Source: Antedon mediterranea (Eukaryota > Animalia > Echinodermata). Taken from it: a stretch of 64,000 nt of DNA. This document shows positions 14,046 through 30,580 of the stretch, in pieces. A program made the translations under genes and the position numbers. The DNA lies in contig NC_092670.1 in NCBI RefSeq assembly GCF_964355755.1, forward strand, positions 39,358,388 to 39,422,387, given 5' to 3'. How positions within the stretch are numbered: the first letter of the stretch is position 1; every line of letters starts with the position of its first letter. Under the pieces are notes generated by a model that saw only the letters and a program-made list of their open reading frames with translations, had not been told where the DNA came from and ran no database searches.

Positions 14046-14582
14046 CTAGATGGTACGCGAGCGAAGCGAGCGTACCATCTAGTCTACAAAATTTACCAAG
14101 CATTTGTTATTCTTTTTTACCACTTTTCATATCTACTGTATTAGAGGATTTCATTTGATTATAAATGTTACCATTATTATTGATCACAACCGCTCTTGAC
14201 AAGAAATTTTTCCGCGCATTCATAACAGTGATGTTATTGTTATTGCATTGTCAGCTTTCCACAGAATATCTGGGATCCACGAGCTTTGGTGGATCGATTG
14301 CTTATTATTAAAACTAAAAAATTTAACATATATCTCTCGAATAAGCACCTCCCTCAAATGACCTCCGCCTCCCCAAAGGGCCCTACCAAACAATAAAAAC
14401 TATACTTTAAAATGTTATTAATCATCTAAAACACTGTGAAACAAAGTAGTTTAGTTTTACGAATGTCAAGCATTTTCAATAATGGTAACCGACAGAAAAT
14501 GTATAAGGAGAACATTATCATTCCGAGAACCATCGTCTACACTTCCTAGAGGGGGAGCGAGCGAAGCGAGCTCACCCTCTAG
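14046..14582 (+). mobile_element. Two Helitron-like 3' termini (hairpin + CTAG|T) at 14046-14082 and 14546-14582
   Basis: Each is a 13-bp stem around GAGCGAAGCGA that ends in CTAG followed by T. Both are preceded by CGAGAACCATC. Confidence 0.5.
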
Positions 14583-14659
14583 TGGTAAGAAGTATAGTAT
14601 TGTTGCATACGTTTGACAACAGCAATCCATATAATAATAATAATTATAATAAAGAATCA

Positions 14660-15235
14660 GTCGGTTTGTATTATTCGTGCGACAACGTGAGAAACAGCTA
14701 TTTGTTTTATAAATGAACGAATTTGTGTTTTTTAATTTAATATTTCTCCAATTTAAGTAAAGACAATATCGTAAAAATGACGTTTTTGGTTTGGTGATGG
14801 GTGATCGATAATACAAATTGTTTAATCTGCGTTTGTAGTTTAACATTACAGATTTATAAAAAATGAATTGTTTTTTGTATTTATTATTTCATTTGAGGAT
14901 GTGTGCGAAAATAATGATGATGCGATATAATAACAATGATGATCACATCGCGTAACGATCATCAAACTGGAAAGTTGTGTAGTCAAGATTTAAAAACTAT
15001 GTAAAAAACGTTTCCGATAAAGTCATAATCTTACCATCTCAGTTTATTAACACAATAAGATGAATGAGATATTATCATATCCATGTGAAGTGGTCACCAA
15101 ACCAAACAACACATTGTGAAACACATCTTTTTAAAGTATATTGCAGACTGTTGTACATTGTACATGTACATTGCCTAGAATATTTTAATTTCTCTAAAAG
15201 TTCAATCAACTCGAGGTTGATGTTGCTTGTGACTT
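14660..15235 (-). pseudogene. Duplicated relic of NDUFV1 last codons + 3' flank
   Basis: Aligns by eye to ~23745-24227. The minus strand reads KSQATSTSS* here versus KSHATATSN* at the true NDUFV1 C-terminus. Confidence 0.8.
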
Positions 15236-16019
15236 CTTAATCAAGTTTACCATACCATTTACCGTAAAAAAAAAACCTGTGATGTTCCCACTTGTGATTA
15301 CGCAATACAGCACTTTGGGTCGTCGCTGCGTTGCGTTCTAGTGGGAACCACGCTTTAGGTTTGAGGTGTTTGAGGACAGAGTAACGCCGAGGAGGTAGGT
15401 GGTTTTCAACGGATTCTAACGTGTGTTCGGCTAACTAACCACTATTAATCGTGGTTCCCACTAGAACGCAACGCAGTGACGTTTTGACGCAAAGTGCTGT
15501 ATTGTGCAATCACAAGTGAGAACCGACGACGCAACAGTGCTGAAACATCGCAGATTTGATTTCACGCAGGCGGGGGCAAACACAATTATTGGAAGGGCAT
15601 TTTTTAAAGTTGCGTAGGTTGCGTTACGTTGCGTCGCTAGTGGGAACCACCCTTACTAGACTGTAAGTAAATAATTAATCCGGTGAACATTGTCACTTCA
15701 CCATACCTGAGAGAGCGCGGATAGAGAGAGAAATATTGAAATGTTATATTGTGGACAAAGTAATCGTCCATGCATACGTTCATGTATTGGGTATAATTTA
15801 AAAAAAATTTAAATATGAACATAAATCTAAAATTAATGCAAAAAGAAATTACAATGCTAGGATTAACGTACATGAACCGTACGGCCTATTATTTCTAAAC
15901 GCCAGTGGAATGGTTGATGTTATAGTGTAAGCTGATTATATAACAAATAGCCTATGTGTAGCGTCTTTTTTCTTCAATAATTAGTTTGTTATTAGACAAA
16001 AGGGAAAGTAGGCCTAAAG

Positions 16020-19000
16020 ATGCCGACTTTGTTGCATTACATTATGCTAAGCCTAACTGTATGTAATGTGTATGCAGGTAAGATTCTTTTTATTCGTTCA
16101 GCTATGTTTCTATAAATATAATACGAGTATCTACGTTTTTTATGACAAAAATAAACACACTGCTTTTGTAAAACTCCTCCCGTATGGTTAAATTGCTCGT
16201 CAGATATCGAAAAAAATACAGAACCTAATTCAAATGAAGCGTCGGTCATGTGGACGGTACCAACTGTAACTGATGATAGGCTACTACACCGCTAGAAAGT
16301 CTTGTTACACACGTAATATACAATCGTTAATCGTTAATATACAGCGTTGGCAATTCAAAATATATTTTTCTTTGATACAGAATCCGATGTAGTCACCCTG
16401 GACCAAAGAATAGACAAACTTGCGCCCGCTCTTCTTCCATTTAATGATTTTCACGCTGCTACTCTAGCCCGCTACGTCACAAGAGATGACTCATTCTTTA
16501 GCTGAAAGCAAGCAGCAGTTTTAGTACTAGACACTGACGTTTTTGCTAAAATGGAAACTCGACTATAATTTATAGGTCCCAGCTGCTGGACCCAAAAAAA
16601 ACTCTGGGAAAAGAGTCTATTAGGACATGTCATGCTAAAACTACAAATCCCAAAGCATTTCTGGTATTTATGAGTCCCATTTGACTATAATACTGTTCGC
16701 TGTCAGATAATCATTGAATTATTATCAAAACAGTCTATTAAAGTTTTTATTTGTAATAGGATACTTCATACTTGAAGTATCTAGGCGTGATGAAGTGACT
16801 CCCAGACTTGACCTTAGCAAGTGACAGAAATTGAGTCTGTTTTTTATATCAAAGTTAGTCACTTCTGTAACAAAAAAAAATATTTATTCACGTATAAAAA
16901 GAGAAAAGAAACGTTTAATTATAACCCAAAAACCATTGTCTGACAGACAATTTAAGTATTTTTGCTTTAAATTACATTTTTTTTAGGTACAATAACTATT
17001 ATGTGACAATAAAATGACACATTCAAAACAAATTGGAAATAAAAAATATTTTCCAGAGGGATAATGTATCTTTAAAACTGTTACGTCATAAGCGAGCAGC
17101 GTTTTTTGTAAGAAATATTTCTTGTTATTGTTTACGTGGGACTATCGACATTATAAATTATGAATAAAGTGGTGCAAGTTAAGACTTTTAAGCAAGTTTA
17201 ATTTCAAATTTCATCATGTACAGGTCTATTATGGTGTGTCGTTGCATGATCCAAGAACCACGTCAATCCTACTCAAGTTATCACATTACATTGTTACATC
17301 TTAATCATTAATTCTTGCTATCTCATTCGAACACAATACAAACTAGTATGGCACTCAGAGAGCGCAAATCTCCACCTGGAAATAATGTCTCATATTTAAT
17401 TATAATTGTATGTCTTCTGCCATATTTTATTGTTATGCGTGTTTCATTTGTATGTTTATTCTGTTTGTTGTGATTTCATTGGATTTAAGTTGATTTTTCT
17501 TTCTACTTTATGGGCTATCCTTGGTTTCTTATTTAATGGATTTGCTTGTAAATTGTTTGTATTCACATTTTAATCTTGTGTTGAAACCAAATCAAATCAC
17601 AAATCACTGTTATTAAGCTGCGAATGGTTGCATTCGCATCAGATAAATGATTCGCGTTCATAGGTCTAATTTTTGCTTTGTTCAAAAATAATTAACCCGT
17701 ACTTCTTTCGTATCTTCGTCATGTGCTAAAAAAGTAGATCCCATACCATTTTTTTAACATAAATAAAAAATAATACTTTTTATTACTGTACTACTATATG
17801 CATTTGTTTTATCAATTCATAGTATTATAGAATCCACTTCTATATTATATGCATTTAGCTTGCCCGGCTGATTGGACACCATATGATGGAAGCTGTTACA
17901 TATTCGTTGCCGTTAGGCCTACAAACTGGCAAACATCTAGATCAGCCTGCCAGAATCATGGAGGTGATCTTGTTGTGATAAGCAGTCAAGCAGAAAATGA
18001 TTTTGTTGGTTCACTTATTATTGCTCTACCAACAAACGACCATTGGGTTTCAGCGTATATTGGTTATAGAGATATAGATGAAGAAGGAGAATTTATTTGG
18101 GTAGACACTACTGAATGCATCACCACTTATACAAGTAAGAATGAAGAGGTTTTTACTGTTATCATTGCAAGTTAAAACACACAATTTACATTTGAAAATA
18201 AACGATTTAGGGGAGGCTATACATTAGGAGTAGATCTATAGTACAGCACAAGAATATAAATATGGTAAGACCTGTGACGATGAAGTAATGATGTTTATCT
18301 ATCGATGAAGTCATATCATATTTATATAAAATTAAAAACAATAACGTTGTTATAAAATTCGCAGACTTTCGTGATGGTGAACCAAATAACCGAGCCAACG
18401 AAGATTGCGTTGACATGCACGCGGACACGCACGAATGGAATGATATATGGTGTAACGGGACTCATACTGACGGTTATATTTGTGAAATATGTGAGTAATC
18501 TGTAGGCCTAAGTTCTTTATCAGAAAGAACATTTGTAGTGGTGCAATTATTATTTTTTATCTTAAAAACCTGTGCTGCATTGGTTAATGTTGTTAGTTGT
18601 CTGAATTATTGTTATTATATTGTTAATGTTCTCTACTGAACGACTTTGGAAATCAATGCTAGTAATCAATCAGTAAGACAGATTAGATAAATAAATAAAA
18701 AAATAATGTACTGGTATACGGTACCGAGTTTTTACTTTACAATTACGTCTTTAATAATTAATATACAACCTACTATTATTTGTTAAGAAAATGTTCCGAT
18801 ATTTACCACCTCCGAGATCCTACTTTTTTGGGGGATCGAGGTAGGCCTAATCATGTCAGTAAGACCTGTAGTAGTAGAGTGACGACCCACTTAATGATAG
18901 AGGTTACCTAAATGTATTCATTGCTAATTTTCAAATAAACTCAAATAGTTGCAAACGTCATCATCATTTTCATTTTCTACAACATTATCTGCTAAAAAAT

Positions 19001-22000
19001 GGAAATACAATAGAACCTCTAAAGACACCTTCGGGACCCCAAACACATGTCCTCTTAATAGGGCCCTCAACAAACTAACATTGTTTTCTCGGAAAAAAGA
19101 AGAAGAAATAATAACCAAACTGAACAGTAATTGATATTGAATCACGAAATTGAGAATAATTGAAAATTAGCAGCCAATCTTTGAACAATATATATTATTA
19201 TTATCATTTTATTTCACATTTTTTCAGTTGATGATTCGGATAGTCCAACATTTACTTACTGTCCGCCAGATCAAACAGTTCCAACAGATCCTAATGAAAA
19301 CTTTGCAACGCTATCATGGGTTGAACCAACGGTAGATGAGGACAACCAATGTGATATATCGATTGTCTCAAACTATGACATTGGAGATCAAGTTGCTTTG
19401 ATTTCTGGCCTTACTACTACTATTACTAATACATACATAGCAACAGATCCTAGTGGAAATACTGGAACGTGTACATTTTCTATAACAGTTACAGGTAAGA
19501 CGTTTTGTTTTATTATAATAAATTAGTTTAGTACTTTAATAATTGATTGCAGTAACCTATTATATTTGTAAACTAGCAAACTTTTTGGAAAAACTCTAGG
19601 CCTACCTGGTTTTTGACGACTAGATAATCTAATATTGTGCACAATTAATTAGATGTCAGTGATAATATTTGTTTAATAAAATTTTTAGGTTTAAAAACCT
19701 ACCGTTAGTGCTTGAATAGTAGATTAAATAAATTGTATTTCATAGATTTGGAAGCTCCTAATGTATTCAATTGTCCTGGAGATTTCACATTGCCAACAGA
19801 TGACGGCGAACCAGATCGAGTAACCTACTGGACAGAACCAACAGCAACGGATAACTCAGGAAGTATTTCTGTCTCTCATTTACACACCTCCGGATCAACA
19901 TTTGATCTGGGTGAAACTACAGTTACGTGTAGGTTTATAGACCCTTCAGGAAACCTGGCATTATGTACATTTACAGTAACAATTATAGGTAAGCATTAAT
20001 AACATCAAGTATATGTTGTTTTACAACACAGTCAACGGAAGGATTCCGCTGTCAAGTAGTAGTGTCACCTGACATCAAGAGATCCGTCTACTATCATATT
20101 TAAATACCATTATTAACGAAAACATTGTCTGTGATATGATTATATCGATAACGGAGATCATCAAAACGTTAAAGGATTCAAATTGTTTGTCAGTACGCAC
20201 TACGTCAATAGCTTCTCTTCTCTCAACTTCAATACCGCTAAACACATATAAGTTTTAAATTATATGGCACTGCTCTCAATGTCATTAAATATTAACTAAT
20301 CACATTCTTATCTATCATCAGTAATGATAGGCCTATAACAACATTTTAGTGTTTAGTGTTTGCACTGTCACATGACTTTGTAAATCTATGTGACAGAAAC
20401 TTGTAAATTATTTATTGAATAGATACATATGCTCCTGATATAATCGGTTGTCCACTGAGCTTCATATCGCCCACCGGCGTTACCGAACCAGATGGAGTAA
20501 CCACCTGGACAGAACCAACAGCAACGGATAATTCAGGAACAGTTCCGATCAGATCACGGTCACACGCACCTGGATCAACATTTGATCTTGGTGAAACTAC
20601 AGTTACGTATACGTTCACAGACTTTTCAGGAAACGTGGCATCCTGTACATTTACAGTAACAATTGTTGGTAAGTATATCTTAGGTTCCTGGCATTTATAA
20701 AGGTACGGTACCTCTGTCTTTTTTTACGGCGTGAAATTATTTTGCGAAGGAAGGACATTTGTCCAACTGTCGCGGTTGAGGGTAGGCTTGTATTTGTCAA
20801 GCAGTGTCACTTGACATAGAGATATATCGTTGGTGGTGAGGTACGCGTCAAAGCCGTAAATGAACACGTTGGAGGTGATACGATCATAACGAAGGCAAAG
20901 ATAGATGACAACGTTACAAAATGATTTATGTTATTAATTTCGTATTATAACACCATTATATAGATACATATTTTCCTAATGTTATCGACTGTCCACAAGA
21001 CCTGACATTACCAACCGACGATAACGAACCAAGTCGAGTAACCACCTGGACAGAACCAACAGCAACGGATAATTCAGGAACAGTTCCGGTCAGATCACGG
21101 TCACACGCACCCGGATCAACATTTGATCTTGGTGAAACTACAGTTACGTATACGTTCACAGACTTTTCAGGAAACGTGGCATCGTGTACATTTATAGTAA
21201 CAATTGTTGGTAAGTATATCTTAGGTTCCTGGTATTTACAAAGGTACCGGTACGGTACCTCTGTCTTTTTTTACGGCGTTCGATTATTTTGCCAATGAAG
21301 GAACATGTTGGTCCAACTGTCGCAATTGAAAGTAGGGTTGTATTTGTCAAGCAGTGTCACTTGGCATATTTAGAGATATATCGTTGGTGGTAAGGTACGC
21401 GTCAAAGCCGTAATGAACACGTTGGAGGTGATACGATCATAACGAAGGCAAAGATAGATGACAACGTTACAAAATGATTTATGTTATTCTTTTCGTATTA
21501 TAACACCATTATATAGATACGTATTTTCCTAATGTTATCGACTGTTCACAAGACCTGACATTACCAACCGACGATAACGAACCAAGTCGAGTAACAACCT
21601 GGACAGAACCAACAGCAACGGATAATTCAGGAACAGTTCCAATCAGATCACGGTCACACGCACCTGGATCAACATTTGATCTTGGTGAAACTACAGTTAC
21701 GTATACGTTCACAGACTTTTCAGGAAACGTGGCATCGTGTACATTTATAGTAACAATTGTTGGTAAGTTTCTAGTTTGACAATTACAACGACGAAAATGA
21801 CCGTACAAAAGAAGATTCAACTGACGATAAACAATTACTTTTTTTTAATAAGGAAGTAAAATAACTCGTACATATTTCTGACGAGTACAATTTTGGAAGC
21901 TCGCATTTGCAATCTCTCCAAGACTGAGAACACCAGGAACCAAATTTACGCATGTACAATCAATATAAACCAAGCCCTAAAGCTCTGTCTACACTATCAA

Positions 22001-23410
22001 ACTTTATGTGACAAAAAAAATGCATATATATGTACATGATGATGTCATATCACTACTATATTTGGTCATATCACTACCATATTTGGCACATCACACTTTT
22101 TTTGTCAAACTAGTTTGAAAGTGTAGACAGAGATTAAGCTTGAATTATCTACAAACTTCTTCTTACAGGATCAATGTGTACTAAGCAATGTAGTAATGGT
22201 GGAACGTGTAAAGTAATCAATGACGTAGAAGAATGCCAATGTGCGAGTAACTTTGAGGGCGATAATTGTGAAAATAAAGATAATTGTACGTAATTCGAAA
22301 AAAATATTTCGAAAAAAAAATCAAAATATAGGCCTAACTTAAAATTTAGAAAAATGTTAATATAATCCAGGCAATAATTCAGTCATTAAGTCAATGCCTA
22401 CGTTATTAATGTTTTAGTAATTAATCAAGCTTTATAATCTCTTTATACTGTATTATGAAAACTACGTTCTTTTGCCCGACTTTAAGAAGAACAAATTATG
22501 AAAAAAATAAAAATATAATTAAATACTACGATGTTCTAAATATTTAATGTGTTTTATGTCTATTCAATAAAATTGCAAAATATGTTAAAATTATAGTACC
22601 TGGTACAATTTGTTGTATAGTTTCCTTCCATGCCCAAGACGTAATTATAACAAATCTTTTTTTACAGCTTTTTCGTTAAGTTTGATAGAGCTTATAATAG
22701 GAGTTTTGTTTGCATGCACTGTTACTGGGGTGTTGGTTGGCATCGCATTGAAGTGTAAAAGGGTTTGTAAAATATTTTGGAAATTATTACTCTTTTAACT
22801 ATTATCATACAGTAGGCATATATACCAAACAGATGATCTAGTAAATAATATTAATTCACATCATAGGCCTAACGTAATTGTAGTTTTGTAAATTTCACAA
22901 AATAGAAAATCAAATTAATTACTTACTTTAGAAGACGGTTTTAGCATAACCACGGAAACGTCGACATATTCTCGACTTTATTTATATTTTCTTTGGCAAC
23001 ACGTGTACTGCAAATGTTACTTTATTATTACCGTATAATATAGTATGCACATTTTTAAAATAACTCGTTTACTTACCTTTTACTTACAGACACCAGCTGA
23101 AATAAGAATTACTGATTCAAGACAAACTGATGTAAGTTGCTAAAAATATACCGCATTAATTTATATACACACTCAACTCTTATTATTGAACAATTTCTTA
23201 TACTGAATTTCTAGTAGGCCTACTTCTCATACTCAGACAGTTGTTGTTAGGGCAGAAACGTTGTAAAACGCTAACTGTGTTTTGTTTCATGCAAAGGCAC
23301 ACACGGAGACTCGAGAATTACACGAATACGCAAGGAGCATCGAGTCAGCGGTCATAGTCCATGACAATCCACATACGTATACAACTTTGCAACTGCCGAC
23401 GACACGGTAA
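16020..23410 (+). CDS. Gene C: signal peptide - C-type lectin - HYR x5 - EGF - TM - tail (~691 aa if the shifted donor is used)
   Basis: Signal exon 16020-16077 (MPTLLHYIMLSLTVCNVYA). CTLD exons 17859-18134 and 18365-18490 (EPN, WND). HYR exons 19228-19494, 19746-19988, 20423-20668, 20964-21209, 21517-21762. EGF 22169-22285 (ancestral donor mutated), TM 22668-22762, tail 23090-23131 and 23297-23410 (...PHTYTTLQLPTTR*). Confidence 0.82.
16173..16280 (+). pseudogene. Decayed HYR half-exon in gene C intron 1
   Basis: Translates TPPVWLNCSSDIEKNTEPNSNEASVMWTVPTVTDD, the N-terminal half of a HYR repeat. There is no AG acceptor (cttttgtaaa) and no second half. Confidence 0.6.
20500..21766 (+). repeat. 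Recent tandem duplication of a ~545-bp HYR exon+intron unit
   Basis: Introns 20669-20963 and 21210-21516 are nearly identical, as are exons 20964-21209 and 21517-21762. Confidence 0.9.
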
Positions 23411-24197
23411 AAGAGGATTCGGGATTTCCACTCTGTTCGGCGTTTTTCACCACTAAAATGGAGGCAACTCTACACCGAATAAACCAGAGATGTATTTTCA
23501 TTTTTAGCAGATAATTAAATTCGGTTTTCAGGTGATTATTTAACTTGGTATATTTTTATTTTATATTTTAACTTTCTTATAATTACTATATAATATTATA
23601 CGTCTTGAATTAGTAGGCCTACTTCTATCAAATTACTCGGAAATAAAGTGCACGCTAACTAACGCATTTAAAAATGGTAGCTGATAGTAGATATCAAAAC
23701 AATTCTTATACAGTACTGTATCTACCGTTCTGTATCTACCGTTCTGTATTATTCGTGTGACGCGTGATATGACAGTACAGAACTTTGTGTTATACACTAC
23801 AGTACGGTATTCACGGTTTTGTTTTACTGAAAGATGAGCTAATACAAATAGTTTTATATGCATTAGCAGTCTATAATAGTTTATCGTAAAAAAAGGGCGT
23901 TTATATTTTAATTATAAAGTCTTCCATTTTAAAGAAAGACTTTGAAGATAACCACAATGACAATAACAACAAACCACAGCGTCACGTAACGATCGTTGAA
24001 CTCGAGTTTTGTAAGATTTCAAAACTATACAACGAATGTCATCAAATAATCTTTTAATTAATGAGATATACAGTATTACCCAATCAATGTGAAGAGGTCA
24101 CCAAACCAAACAACACACCGTGAAACACATCTTTTTAAAGTAATTGCAGACTATGTACATTGCCTAGAATATTTTAATTTCTCTAAAAGTTCAAAGA

Positions 24198-30580
<6,383 letters not shown>

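Noticed and set aside
16640-16660. ZNF143/SBS-like motif ACTACAAATCCCA in gene C intron 1
   Set aside because: A single occurrence with no supporting TSS or exon evidence.
20412-21820. Three similar minus-strand ORFs (MNVYVTVVSPRSNVDPG…)
   Set aside because: They are antisense shadows of the duplicated HYR exons.
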